Source: Flavobacteriales bacterium (lineage in GTDB: Bacteria; Bacteroidota; Bacteroidia; Palsa-965). Taken from it: a stretch of DNA of 64,000 nt. The stretch is from the NCBI GenBank assembly GCA_040377305.1, contig JBEIPA010000007.1:96001-160000 (forward strand), written 5' to 3'. This document shows positions 40,388 through 50,569 of this stretch, piece by piece. The position numbers and the translations under genes were made by a program. The notes below the pieces were generated by a model. That model was not told where the DNA came from. It saw nothing but the letters and a program-made list of their open reading frames with translations, and ran no database searches. How positions within the stretch are numbered: the stretch's first letter is position 1; every line of letters starts with the position of its first letter.

Positions 40388-40990
40388 ATGCAGATTCGAT
40401 TTTTCATACTCATTTTTTTGCTCAGCGCTTCGGTCGCATTTGCTCAAACTTCGAAAACAGATACAGTTCAACGCGGATATTATATTCCGTTCGGACCAAA
40501 TTACATGTCGTGTAAAGTGGAAATAACTCCGTTGGGAAAGAAGGCCTTTTTTGCAAACACCACGGGGAACAAGCTTCCTGATTCCTTAATGAACATCATT
40601 AGTTATCTGGAACCGGGATCCGTAGTCGCGTATACTGAAGTAACGGTTATGAGTAAAGGAATGCTCGAAAAAGTGTCAGGCAGGCGATATGTAGTCGGAA
40701 CTACCAACACGAGTTTTGTAAAGCGCGATCCTTTTTATCCGGACACGTTGACAGCAAAAGAAATCGCTGCGATTGAACTTGATCCGCATGTTTACCAATT
40801 TTCTGTGTCGTGGTTTGCAGGTGGCAGCATGTCTAACTATGAACTCACCGGCAATGGAGTTTTCGGAAGTGCACGCACGGCGATTGAAGCTTTGCCATCA
40901 GGCACCAAAGTTTACTTTGAAAATATTCGCAGAAAGGAAGATGATGGATCCAAGCGAGTGATGCCAGCAGAAATTCATGTTGTAAGATGA
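40388..40990 (+). CDS. Exported protein with two GldM-C-like domains
   Basis: Signal peptide; GNKL...LEPGSVV and GNGV...ALPSGTKVYFENIRRKEDDG. Confidence 0.65.
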   Translation: MQIRFFILIFLLSASVAFAQTSKTDTVQRGYYIPFGPNYMSCKVEITPLGKKAFFANTTGNKLPDSLMNIISYLEPGSVVAYTEVTVMSKGMLEKVSGRRYVVGTTNTSFVKRDPFYPDTLTAKEIAAIELDPHVYQFSVSWFAGGSMSNYELTGNGVFGSARTAIEALPSGTKVYFENIRRKEDDGSKRVMPAEIHVVR

Positions 40991-41358
40991 AGTATTTATT
41001 CATTCTCACTTTCCTGATTTCTCTTGCCGGATCGGTTTCGGCACAGGATACATTTTACGTGAAGAAAAAGCAGCCAAGACAAGTTGTGAATAATGCACGA
41101 CCTGCGTGGACGGCAGACAACAAAGATTCTATTGTGTCATACACGGTGGAATTTCAAAGACCCGGCAGCAACGTGTATGTAGTTTTGCACGAGAAAGGTC
41201 CATACCTGAATCATCCAACTGCTGCATACGGCCCGAATGGATTGGTGCGTTTAATCTACACGGATATAATTGCGATTGATCAGAATGGCGTCCGGTACAG
41301 GCAACCCGATTTGGTCAAATACAATGGTGTGACTGTGCCGTTGAAAGCGCCGAAGTAA
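40987..41358 (+). CDS. Hypothetical exported protein
   Basis: Signal peptide; ATGA overlap with the upstream gene. Confidence 0.65.
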   Translation: MKYLFILTFLISLAGSVSAQDTFYVKKKQPRQVVNNARPAWTADNKDSIVSYTVEFQRPGSNVYVVLHEKGPYLNHPTAAYGPNGLVRLIYTDIIAIDQNGVRYRQPDLVKYNGVTVPLKAPK

Positions 41359-41361
41359 AAA

Positions 41362-42021
41362 TCAACGAATCCAATACGCGTACTTGTCAATCTGTGTTCG
41401 CTTCCAACCAAGTTCCTTAAATGCAAGTTCCGCGTTGAATTTTACGATTGAAGTAAACGTGTGAATATTCCCCGTGTTTTCTTTGACCACAAAATGTTTT
41501 GGATTGCGTTCGTCCAAACCAAAACCGCATTGACGGATTTCATTGAGCAAAATGGAATTACTGCGATCCGGAGCCGGTAACCCATACAATGTCCCCAGAC
41601 GTCGTACGTCAACTATACTCGTAAACACGATACGTTGGTTTGTGAATCGTATTTCCACCAGCGAAGTTCCACCTTCCGGCGAATGGTATCCAACCTGATC
41701 AGGATCACCGTACTGAATTTCGCCATTGGAATGTGGCGCAGGAACCGGTGCAGAGAACATTTCCGGGATTCGTGAAATGGTTTCCTTCTGAAATTGTTTC
41801 GCTCTGTAAACAAACCAGAAAGGAAGGAGCAGTGCGTATCCGGCAAGGCCAATGATCGGCAGTGACATAGGGACGGCAACATATGCCCAGCGCACATTGC
41901 CCTGTTCTTTCGCGGCGAAATAGTTCACTGCAGTCCATGCTGTGCCGACTAAGAATAGCAGCACGACAAAGAGGCCGTAGTATTTCAGAAATGTTTTCTG
42001 CGCAAAAAAAGGAACAGCCAT
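41362..42021 (-). CDS. Hypothetical membrane protein (2 TM plus soluble C-terminal domain)
   Basis: Two hydrophobic helices; starts 4 nt after the purF stop. Confidence 0.7.
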   Translation of the reverse strand: MAVPFFAQKTFLKYYGLFVVLLFLVGTAWTAVNYFAAKEQGNVRWAYVAVPMSLPIIGLAGYALLLPFWFVYRAKQFQKETISRIPEMFSAPVPAPHSNGEIQYGDPDQVGYHSPEGGTSLVEIRFTNQRIVFTSIVDVRRLGTLYGLPAPDRSNSILLNEIRQCGFGLDERNPKHFVVKENTGNIHTFTSIVKFNAELAFKELGWKRTQIDKYAYWIR

Positions 42022-42025
42022 GAGA

Positions 42026-43921
42026 TTAATACGCTCTCACAGTCTTCCCTTCCATGTAGTAAATGAACGCACGGTTCACCACTTTGTTTCCGCCCCAGGT
42101 TGGGTAATTACCCGTGAAATACCAATCGCCGGTGTGACCCGGACAAGCATTATGCAAGCCTTCGATAGACTGGTAAATAATTTCCACTTCTGCTTTTGTT
42201 CCCGGAGGAGTAAGCAGTTGTGAAATCTTGCCGGAAATATTTTCTGCCGTAAAGGGCTGGTAAATTTCTTTCACTGCATTGACAATCTTGTCTGCCGGAA
42301 GACCTTCCTGCTCTTTTGCTTTCGCGTAAACTTCATCGAGAAGATCCTCCATGTTGTTTTCACGTATCAATTCAATTGCGGCCTGAAATGCAATGAAGTC
42401 GCCCATGCGCGCCATATCGATTCCGTAACAATCGGGATAGCGGATTTGAGGTGCAGAAGAAACCACCACAATTTTCTTCGGTTGCAAACGATCAAGGATC
42501 TTGATGATGCTTTGCTTCAGTGTTGTTCCGCGCACGATGGAATCATCAAGCACAACGAGATTGTCTCCGGGTTTTACAACACCATACGTTGTGTCGTAAA
42601 CGTGAGCAACCATGTCGTCGCGTTTGTTGTCGTTCGTGATGAACGTACGCAACTTCGCATCTTTCAGTGCAATTTTCTCTACGCGTGGTTGTTGTTCGAG
42701 AATCTGCGACAATTCCGGATCGGCCACATTTTTCATGGTGAGAATCTGGTGGCGCTTGATTCCGTTCAGGTAATGATGCAGTCCTTCCACCATTCCATAG
42801 AATGCAACTTCTGCCGTATTCGGAATAAACGAGAACACCGAATTCTTCATGTCGTAGTCAATCGACTTCAACACAGTTGGTGTTAATTGACGACCAAGGT
42901 TTTTACGCTCCTGGTAAATATCAACATCGTTGCCACGCGAAAAATAAATGCGTTCGAACGAACACGCTTTCTTCGGTTTCGTTGTGCGAATCTGCTTCTC
43001 GAAAACTTCTCCGGTCTTTTTGATGATGAGCGCATGTCCCGGAGTTACTTCTTTAATTTCATCGGCCTGAACATTAAACGCGGTCATAATCTGCGGACGT
43101 TCTGAAGTCACCACTACAACCTCATCGTTCATGTAATAATGTGCAGGACGAATTCCGTTTGGATCGCGCAACACGAATGCATCGCCGTGACCAAACATTC
43201 CGGCCATGGCATAACCGCCATCCCATTTCTTGGAAGCGTCTTTCAGAATTTTCTGAATGTCGAGATCGCGCGCAATGAGTGCGGTGATTTCCTCATTCGT
43301 TTTTCCGGCGTCTTTATGCTTGTGAAAAATATTTTCTACTTCACGATCGAGGAAGTGCCCGATCTTTTCCATTACTGTAACTGTATCTGCTTTTTCCTTC
43401 GGGTGCTGACCAAGTTCAACGAGATGCTTGAAAAGCTCATCGACGTTCGTAAGGTTGAAGTTGCCGGCAACAACGAGGTTACGTGTAATCCAGTTGTTCT
43501 GTCGCAAGAAAGGATGACAGTTTTCAATACTGTTACTGCCGTAGGTGCCGTAACGAAGATGTCCGAGCAATAATTCGCCGGTGAATGCAACATGACGTTT
43601 CAGCCAATCAGCATCTTTGAGCTTCTCCGGATTCTTCGTATGTACACTTGCGAACTTGTCGTTGATCTTGCCGAAAATTTCCTTGATCGCGTTTTGCGAA
43701 GTCGAACGGTAACGGCTGATGTAGCGCGTGCCCGGTGGAATATCGAATTTGATGGTTGCAACTCCCGCGCCGTCTTGCCCGCGGTTGTGTTGTTTCTCCA
43801 TGAGCAAATACAGTTTGTTCAGCCCATACATAGGCGTGCCGTACTTGTCGATAAAATATTGGAGAGGTTTACGAAGACGAATAAGTGCAATCCCGCACTC
43901 GTGCTTGATAGCGTCGCTCAT
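42026..43921 (-). CDS. purF: Amidophosphoribosyltransferase (Bacteroidota long form)
   Basis: MSDAIKHECG propeptide/Cys, QHNRGQDG, GHLRY, DDSIVRGTT, YGIDM. Confidence 0.96.
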   Translation of the reverse strand: MSDAIKHECGIALIRLRKPLQYFIDKYGTPMYGLNKLYLLMEKQHNRGQDGAGVATIKFDIPPGTRYISRYRSTSQNAIKEIFGKINDKFASVHTKNPEKLKDADWLKRHVAFTGELLLGHLRYGTYGSNSIENCHPFLRQNNWITRNLVVAGNFNLTNVDELFKHLVELGQHPKEKADTVTVMEKIGHFLDREVENIFHKHKDAGKTNEEITALIARDLDIQKILKDASKKWDGGYAMAGMFGHGDAFVLRDPNGIRPAHYYMNDEVVVVTSERPQIMTAFNVQADEIKEVTPGHALIIKKTGEVFEKQIRTTKPKKACSFERIYFSRGNDVDIYQERKNLGRQLTPTVLKSIDYDMKNSVFSFIPNTAEVAFYGMVEGLHHYLNGIKRHQILTMKNVADPELSQILEQQPRVEKIALKDAKLRTFITNDNKRDDMVAHVYDTTYGVVKPGDNLVVLDDSIVRGTTLKQSIIKILDRLQPKKIVVVSSAPQIRYPDCYGIDMARMGDFIAFQAAIELIRENNMEDLLDEVYAKAKEQEGLPADKIVNAVKEIYQPFTAENISGKISQLLTPPGTKAEVEIIYQSIEGLHNACPGHTGDWYFTGNYPTWGGNKVVNRAFIYYMEGKTVRAY

Positions 43922-43948
43922 ACTGGTTCCCGCGACCCTTGTGGTTCC

Positions 43949-43975
43949 ATCCCGACGAGCTAACGCTGTCGGGAT
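43949..43975. repeat. REP-like palindrome in the purF leader
   Basis: ATCCCGAC-GAGCTAACGCT-GTCGGGAT. Confidence 0.7.
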
Positions 43976-44197
43976 CAATAATAAGTCCGTCGTGGGACCG
44001 CAAAATTACGGAATTGCTGACTTCTGTCGGCGCATATTGGTCGATACGGGCGTTCCTTCGTCGAAAATCGCAGACTTTTTAGTGTAAAATCGCGCCACGA
44101 AAAGTAGAAATCCGGCAATTCGTTAAGCATGTGGTCAACCGGGCAAACCGTCGAATCTGACGCAGTTTCACAATAGCGCCCCGTAACTTTACTGGAA

Positions 44198-44914
44198 ATG
44201 AAAAGAGGAACACTGTTGATTGTTGTGGGGTTATGCGTGCTGATTTGCCTGCCGTCCTGCACGTTGAATTTTCGAATTGAGAAGCGTCAACACCGCGATG
44301 GTTTTTATGTGAGCAGCAAAAAGCATAAACAAACTACAGCAAGCGATTCACTGTATGGAGAGAATGCGCTTGATGTTGCGACGGTGTACACCGAAATGCA
44401 AGAGGATAGCACTGCGTTACGTGATTCCTTGCCAACCGTTACAAAGGCAAGAGTGATCAGAAGAGATTCGGCCATTTCCACAGTTCCGCAGGATGAAATT
44501 CATCCGGAAACGAATCCAAGGCAAATTTATCCGCACGCATCTGAAACGGAAGTTGTGTCGGCAGATGTTCCTGAAGAAGCACGACGCATTAACACACTGA
44601 GTTTGGTTGCCATGGGAATGCTGATACTTGGAGTCATTGCATCTATTGTTGCGTTCATGCCATTTGTATCGGCAGGCTTTGGTGTTCTGATTGCAGCAGC
44701 GCCTTTTCTGGTGTTAGGCGCGCTTGGACTCGGCATCTGGTTGCTCGTAAAAGCACGACGCCGTAAGCAAACTGCAACGACTCCGGAAACGCAGAGTTAT
44801 TACGACAAGCTGAGAAAGCGGGCGCGGTTGATTGTTATTCTGTCGTCGGCTGTTATTGTCGTGTTTGTCCTCTTTCTGGCATTGATAATTGCTGCACTTT
44901 CGACATTCAATTGA
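44198..44914 (+). CDS. Lipobox-like + EKRxxRDGFY motif + 3-TM protein (paralog 1)
   Basis: LPSC, IEKRQHRDGFY, low-complexity linker, three C-terminal TM helices. Confidence 0.75.
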   Translation: MKRGTLLIVVGLCVLICLPSCTLNFRIEKRQHRDGFYVSSKKHKQTTASDSLYGENALDVATVYTEMQEDSTALRDSLPTVTKARVIRRDSAISTVPQDEIHPETNPRQIYPHASETEVVSADVPEEARRINTLSLVAMGMLILGVIASIVAFMPFVSAGFGVLIAAAPFLVLGALGLGIWLLVKARRRKQTATTPETQSYYDKLRKRARLIVILSSAVIVVFVLFLALIIAALSTFN

Positions 44915-44953
44915 CGGAATGACCTAACTTTAGTTCATCGTGCATCCTGCCTG

Positions 44954-45652
44954 ATGAAGCAATTAAGTCTATCCCGCGGAATTTTATTTGTGCTCCTTGT
45001 TAGTGCACTCCTGTCCTCGTGTTCAAACGGATTGCGTCTGGAGAGAAGGCATTACCGTAACGGATTTTATATTGACAGGAACGAGCGGAGTTCAGTTTCA
45101 ACGGAGATCATAACGGAGGATATACAAGAGCCCGCCAACGAAACTCAATCACTTCTCCAAAATGTAGATGCAGATACCGTCGTAAAGGATTCTGCTATCA
45201 CAATTGAAGAAAATGAAATTGCTGTTGACTCAAATAAATTCACCCCTTGCTGGAAATGGCAAACACCTTCAGATACTTCCGATAAGAAGAGTAAATTCAT
45301 TGACCGTTTCAGGTATAAAGGTCCACCGGAAGCTAAGAAGTCTGCTAACATTCACCGCTTGGGACTCACATTCATTGTGATCAGCATTGCAAGTATTTTT
45401 TTAAGCCTGACTCCCTTATATTTTCTGGCGTATGGTTCGTTTCTCGTGCTTCCTGGTATCGTACTTGAAATTGTAGCGATGGTCATGGCTTCGGAAGGAG
45501 TTGGTAAGTACAGCACAACCGATCCTGCGACATCTGAATATTTTAGAAGAATCCGGCGCAGAGCTATTTGGGGGTTGGTTGCGCTGGGAATAACGTACCT
45601 GGTTTTAATTGTAATAGCGGTGGTTATTGCGCTTTTTTTTAACGGATATTAG
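44954..45652 (+). CDS. Same family (paralog 2)
   Basis: LSSC, LERRHYRNGFY, YKGPPEAK, three TM helices. Confidence 0.75.
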   Translation: MKQLSLSRGILFVLLVSALLSSCSNGLRLERRHYRNGFYIDRNERSSVSTEIITEDIQEPANETQSLLQNVDADTVVKDSAITIEENEIAVDSNKFTPCWKWQTPSDTSDKKSKFIDRFRYKGPPEAKKSANIHRLGLTFIVISIASIFLSLTPLYFLAYGSFLVLPGIVLEIVAMVMASEGVGKYSTTDPATSEYFRRIRRRAIWGLVALGITYLVLIVIAVVIALFFNGY

Positions 45653-45690
45653 AAAGGCAACTTTCCCGGGTTACCACGTCTTATTACTGA

Positions 45691-46428
45691 ATGAAAACAC
45701 AGTTGCGGATAGTATTAGCCGGCCTTGTTGCTGTTTTCCTTATGCCATCCTGCACGAGTGGATTGCATATTGAGAAGCGACATCACCGCGATGGATATTA
45801 CATCTCGAAAAGTGACCCCAAAACAAAGCATAATGCGGAAGGTGAAGTTGCTTCGAGGATAGAGAGTTCCTCTGCAGATACGTCTGCGCCCGCGAGTACC
45901 AGTTTAGATTCCGAACAACATTCAGATGATTCTTCAGTCAGCGAAATTCAGCCTCTGATTGAAAAACCAAAAACGTTCATTCGTAAGGTAGATTCAGTTC
46001 GCAAAGTATTTGCGGAGAAAATTTATCCTGCGAATGATTCCCTTGCACAGAACAAAGACCAGTTAGGAGCTTACAATGGTCCTGCGGATGCGAAGAATCT
46101 CGTTGCTGTACAACGCATTGGTTTTATTCTTTTGCTGGCTGCAGCAGCGGCTATAGGACTCGCAATCCTACTGCTCGCGCTCTTCTGGGAAGGGATGATC
46201 TTAATTCCGATAGCAGGCATTCTTGCGCTGATTTCTTACGGAATTCATATTGCAGTAATGGCCATTGCAATGGGCAAGTACAAACAATACCTGAACAAAG
46301 ATCCGGAGTCAGCTGAGTTCTATCGTAGAATGAAAAACCGGTCGCTGGCTGTTGTCATCGGAGTTTCAATTCTCTTGTTGTTCGCGATGTTTCTCTGGGT
46401 GGTGTCTATTACTGGCCCTGGATTCTAA
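45691..46428 (+). CDS. Same family (paralog 3)
   Basis: MPSC, IEKRHHRDGYY, YNGPADAK, three TM helices. Confidence 0.75.
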   Translation: MKTQLRIVLAGLVAVFLMPSCTSGLHIEKRHHRDGYYISKSDPKTKHNAEGEVASRIESSSADTSAPASTSLDSEQHSDDSSVSEIQPLIEKPKTFIRKVDSVRKVFAEKIYPANDSLAQNKDQLGAYNGPADAKNLVAVQRIGFILLLAAAAAIGLAILLLALFWEGMILIPIAGILALISYGIHIAVMAIAMGKYKQYLNKDPESAEFYRRMKNRSLAVVIGVSILLLFAMFLWVVSITGPGF

Positions 46429-46434
46429 GACGAA

Positions 46435-46881
46435 TTACTTTTTGATACCTAAAGAAGTAATTACAATATAGATATCGTGATCAAGACCCATCGCACCTTT
46501 CATGTGTCCGTTTTTAGACATGGGAACTTTCAGAATGTTGACGGTACGATCTCCCGCGGCGAATGACGTAAGAAAATACGCGTTGTACTTTTTTATTTCT
46601 TCACGGTTTTTCAAACGATCGTCGAGCGTCGCCATTCCACCAGGCCAATTGCCTTCCTGCGAGTATTTGTAAATATCCTTCTTCTCATCTGCGGATACCG
46701 TAGTTAACGCATTAATCGCGCTGACAGCCGCTTCGGTACCTTCAAGATCGAATGTTGAGAAGAGCTCACCCGGATCCGTAATCGTTACGGGTTTTAGCTT
46801 AGCACCGGTTGTTGTTTTGAATGTATTACACGATGCAACAAAAAGCAAAAGTGCAGCAAATGAATAGGCGATGAGTTTCAT
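46435..46881 (-). CDS. Hypothetical lipoprotein
   Basis: Lipobox VASC. Confidence 0.7.
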   Translation of the reverse strand: MKLIAYSFAALLLFVASCNTFKTTTGAKLKPVTITDPGELFSTFDLEGTEAAVSAINALTTVSADEKKDIYKYSQEGNWPGGMATLDDRLKNREEIKKYNAYFLTSFAAGDRTVNILKVPMSKNGHMKGAMGLDHDIYIVITSLGIKK

Positions 46882-46943
46882 GTGTGGTAGCGTTAGTGGT
46901 TAGGATCAAATGTAATCAAACAAGATACCAAAGAGGAGCGCTA

Positions 46944-47264
46944 CTACTTTTTTGGGAGGAGAATCTTGTTGTAAGCACAACTCAACGCATCTTTCAGCAT
47001 CGTCTTCTTCACCTTCTTCAGGTTCACGTAAGTCGCACCTTTTTTACCCCATGCATTCGGAACAGGATACATGACCGTTTTGTCGTACGCACAGAAAGCA
47101 GATTGATCAACCGGAGAAAGCATCACGCAGACCACATTTTCTTTTTCGCTCATGGTTGCGAAGATTTTTTTCTTCACCCGGAAGGAAGTGCGCTCGAAAT
47201 GCGGGAGCTCTTCGGAATCTCCGAATGAAAGAGCGAGTGTTCGTGCCTGATCGATTGTTACCAT
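46944..47264 (-). CDS. MmcQ/YjbR family protein
   Basis: PHFERTSFRVKKKIFAT, WGKKGAT. Confidence 0.88.
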   Translation of the reverse strand: MVTIDQARTLALSFGDSEELPHFERTSFRVKKKIFATMSEKENVVCVMLSPVDQSAFCAYDKTVMYPVPNAWGKKGATYVNLKKVKKTMLKDALSCAYNKILLPKK

Positions 47265-47764
47265 TATGGTCGTAACCAATTGGTCATTTGAGGAAATCCG
47301 CCGCGCTCACCGGGATTTTTGGTCATCTTCATCCACACCAACAAATCGAGTCCTTCGAATTCACCCTCCTGAAAATTATCAATCAGAGAACTGCTTGCAT
47401 TTTTATAACCAGCAGGATGAAATACAACTTCAGGTGGAATTCCTGTTTTCTGAATGGCTGCCCAGGTCCACAACAACACAGCTTGTTCTTCTGCGGCTTT
47501 TCCTGAATTCACTTCCGCAACATTTCCGCTGATGGAATCGCGTTTCGATGAATCTGTAACAGCTATATGCCCGGCTTCGTGAAGAATATCACCGGGGTAC
47601 AGGAGTTTTGATTTGCTGTAGACCACTTCTCCGTTCTCAATAGAAACTCCGGGCAAAAAAGTTGTTTCGGGAATTTCACCTTCACGCAAAACGATTCCGA
47701 TCTCTTCGAGAAAGTCGTGGAAGGTTTCGATGAGTGTTTCTCGCTGCTCCATGCTGGTCTGCAT
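47264..47764 (-). CDS. Hypothetical protein with HEAGH zincin-like motif
   Basis: FLPG, PGDILHEAGH, downstream EE; TATCTTTG box 4 nt upstream of the ATG at 47764; stop overlaps the next ATG. Confidence 0.75.
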   Translation of the reverse strand: MQTSMEQRETLIETFHDFLEEIGIVLREGEIPETTFLPGVSIENGEVVYSKSKLLYPGDILHEAGHIAVTDSSKRDSISGNVAEVNSGKAAEEQAVLLWTWAAIQKTGIPPEVVFHPAGYKNASSSLIDNFQEGEFEGLDLLVWMKMTKNPGERGGFPQMTNWLRP

Positions 47765-47877
47765 ACAGCAAAGATACAGTGGAATGTAGATGTAAAATAG
47801 CGCAGAGTTGTGAGAACGGGATTGCGGCCTGTTATGAGCACCGGCATATTCCTGGTCAATAAACCACAAGGGCGTCA

Positions 47878-47896
47878 ATTCGATAGCTATCGGGAT
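47878..47896. repeat. REP-like palindrome
   Basis: ATTCGATAGCTATCGGGAT just after the DUF5686 gene stop. Confidence 0.7.
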
Positions 47897-47902
47897 AGCA
47901 CA

Positions 47903-50569
47903 TTAATACGACCACTTCTTCGTGAACGTATTGAAGAATCCGATTCCGATTTTCGGATAAAACTTTGCTCCTTCGAGTGTGCTTGCTGAGGTACATGCAA
48001 ATACTCCAATGCGGAATAGCTGTTCTCTGATCCGGAATATGCGTTCAACACCAACGAACATTTCGGTGTGATAGAAATCTGCATCCGGAATCATGAGCAC
48101 ACCACCGCCCGCAGCACCGGTGATTTTTAATTTGCTTACCAACGGAACTTTCGACGCGAACGCACCTTCAAAGTGGTGAATGTAATTGGCACGGAAGAAC
48201 GTATTGGCTGTGCTGAGTCTTATTCCAACCAATTGGAATGAACGTGTAGGATCAGAGAAAATCCAGGAATCAGAACCACGGAAATATTTGTGCTCAAGCA
48301 ATCGCAATGAATCTGTATTGAGGAATGCGCCGTACTGAACATTCCACATACTGGTACCGAAACGACCGAGTTTCATCTCATCATTCGAACCAATTTCTAC
48401 GTAATCGAAATCGACTTCGCTGCCGAACAAACCGGGAATACCTTTGCGATAGAAGAATCGCACTTCGGGATATTTTGATCCGACAATAATTTTCCGGTGT
48501 TTGCGAATGATGTACTTCTGCTTGAAGCGATATTTCAGTTCGAGACGAATTTCAAATTTGGTGTAGCGAGGAAATTCCAATGGCTCGTTGTTGCTTCCGA
48601 AAATGCTGTCTTCCCACGGATTTTGCTGGATGTCTGCAATGGAAAACTGATCGCTATACTCGAATGTAATTTCTCCGAACAGTCCATTAACAATTTCCAT
48701 GCGCTGCGCTACACTCACTTCTTTTTGCCTCACCCAATTGCTTCGTGCAAATACCGCTTCCAGTGCCGCGTAGTCATTCACCATGCCATAGAAATCGCCG
48801 AAGCGAACGAATGTGCGCACAAACTTTAACGGATAATAGGTGAGACCCACGCCGACTTTCCCGCGTACATCTTTGTTTCGGAAACCGTAATCAATTTGTC
48901 CATCGGTTTCAAGCTTGAATCCGTTTTTGAAATCGTGGTTGTAATTACCTCCAAGCCGATGACGGTAACCACCAACACCAAACGGAACCATTTGCGAAAT
49001 GAGCGGATCAATGTACCAGTCATTACCGGTGAAACGGTTTCTGTGTGCTACACCATTTAACAGGAAACTCCACGCTGTAATGCGGTTGTAAGCGGAGTCG
49101 GCGTGAGTGAGATACGCTTCACTTTCGTAATACGCCATGAGGCTGTCGACCTTGTGGATGTAGATGATCTCTTTGTCGTTTAATTGAATTGCGCGATGAT
49201 CGATCCAATACAAACTGTCGCGATCAAAAGCACTATCGTTATAATGCTTGATCTCATCCGTGAACGTCTTTTTCGGGATTTCAATATTTACTTCATAATC
49301 CGAATGATCAACACGTGTATTTCCGATGATATTGAATTTGCCGTCTTTGATGGTGTAGATAAATTCACGACGTGTTGCCAGCCAGATATTCTCTTTCACT
49401 TCCGAATAATCCTGAATCACGAAAAATTCTTTGCAATACAAAAGCACACCCGGATTGATTGCAAGGTTCACCGACTTGATTGCCCACGTACTGTCTTCGA
49501 TGAAAAGAAACCCGGAGAAAAGCGCATCGTCTTTGAACAGCGGAATGACACTGATCTTGTGATACGTTGTTCCGTTCTCTACGAACGAAGCCAAAAACTC
49601 AAAGCGATAATTCAGAAACGCAGTAGCCGCGGCCGGAGAAAGGAGTGGTCGTGATGCGAGTGCAGGAACGTCGATGTAATTTTTGTAGAAGTTGAAATCC
49701 ATGCTTGCCGCATCACTCATCAGCATGTACGGATTTTCATCGTCCCATTGCATCGGAACAATTTCGTGTTCGCCATATCCTACATTCGCTGTAAATTCGC
49801 CGCCTTCGTTACGTTTGCGGGGAGCATAGTCATGAAATGCAAGCACGTCTTCCTTGAACCGATTCGGACGGTCGAACCAGGTTACCGAATACGATTCGAT
49901 GAGATTAATCGGCATGTTCGCAAAAGCACGTTGCAGACTACCGCGATCTTTTTTCTGTTCTTTTAGTTTCGCAGCTTTCTTGCGATCGCGTCGTTTCGTT
50001 GTATCAAGTTTCGCCAAGGCAGAATCCAGATCATCCTGATCCGGCTCTTCCGGTTTTGCATGCAACGCAGAATCTTCAAACGGCTTCTTGATTCTGATTT
50101 TCTCCAGCGACGATTTCTGGTACGTGTTGCACTTGAAGTTGTTTACGTCTTTCCAGTAGTCGTTACGTTGCGCAACAACTTTCTTCATAATTTCTTTTCC
50201 CTTGTCGCGGTCACCTTTCGCAACGATCTCAACACCACCCAGCATCCGGGCTTCAGTCGACATAGTTATGTCCAGCACCAACGATTTTCCCGACGCCACA
50301 TAGATGGTAGTATCGATCGTCTGGAATCCGAGCTGAGAAAACACAAGCGTGTGTGTTCCCGGCATGACTTCCAGAAAATAAGAACCGTCGAGATTGGTAT
50401 TAATACCGTACGAAGTATTTTTCACCATCACCACCACATAGGGCAGGGGTTCACCTGCAGTATCGCGAACGGTGCCTTTAACGACAGCTGCGTCTACGTT
50501 GGCACTGATCGAGAGAAATCCGATCAACGTGAAGAACAAAATGCGAAATCTGTACAAAGCGGATGTCAT
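47903..50569 (-). CDS. Carboxypeptidase-regulatory-like domain + DUF5686 outer-membrane protein
   Basis: KGTVRD..GEPLPY, TNLDGSY, FSQLGF; FNFY..LSP; beta-barrel-like C-terminus. Confidence 0.85.
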   Translation of the reverse strand: MTSALYRFRILFFTLIGFLSISANVDAAVVKGTVRDTAGEPLPYVVVMVKNTSYGINTNLDGSYFLEVMPGTHTLVFSQLGFQTIDTTIYVASGKSLVLDITMSTEARMLGGVEIVAKGDRDKGKEIMKKVVAQRNDYWKDVNNFKCNTYQKSSLEKIRIKKPFEDSALHAKPEEPDQDDLDSALAKLDTTKRRDRKKAAKLKEQKKDRGSLQRAFANMPINLIESYSVTWFDRPNRFKEDVLAFHDYAPRKRNEGGEFTANVGYGEHEIVPMQWDDENPYMLMSDAASMDFNFYKNYIDVPALASRPLLSPAAATAFLNYRFEFLASFVENGTTYHKISVIPLFKDDALFSGFLFIEDSTWAIKSVNLAINPGVLLYCKEFFVIQDYSEVKENIWLATRREFIYTIKDGKFNIIGNTRVDHSDYEVNIEIPKKTFTDEIKHYNDSAFDRDSLYWIDHRAIQLNDKEIIYIHKVDSLMAYYESEAYLTHADSAYNRITAWSFLLNGVAHRNRFTGNDWYIDPLISQMVPFGVGGYRHRLGGNYNHDFKNGFKLETDGQIDYGFRNKDVRGKVGVGLTYYPLKFVRTFVRFGDFYGMVNDYAALEAVFARSNWVRQKEVSVAQRMEIVNGLFGEITFEYSDQFSIADIQQNPWEDSIFGSNNEPLEFPRYTKFEIRLELKYRFKQKYIIRKHRKIIVGSKYPEVRFFYRKGIPGLFGSEVDFDYVEIGSNDEMKLGRFGTSMWNVQYGAFLNTDSLRLLEHKYFRGSDSWIFSDPTRSFQLVGIRLSTANTFFRANYIHHFEGAFASKVPLVSKLKITGAAGGGVLMIPDADFYHTEMFVGVERIFRIREQLFRIGVFACTSASTLEGAKFYPKIGIGFFNTFTKKWSY

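Noticed and set aside
43922-43978. N-terminal extension of PurF through the palindrome
   Set aside because: MSDAIKHECG is the expected start with the propeptide before the catalytic Cys; the extension simply reads through a REP-like hairpin
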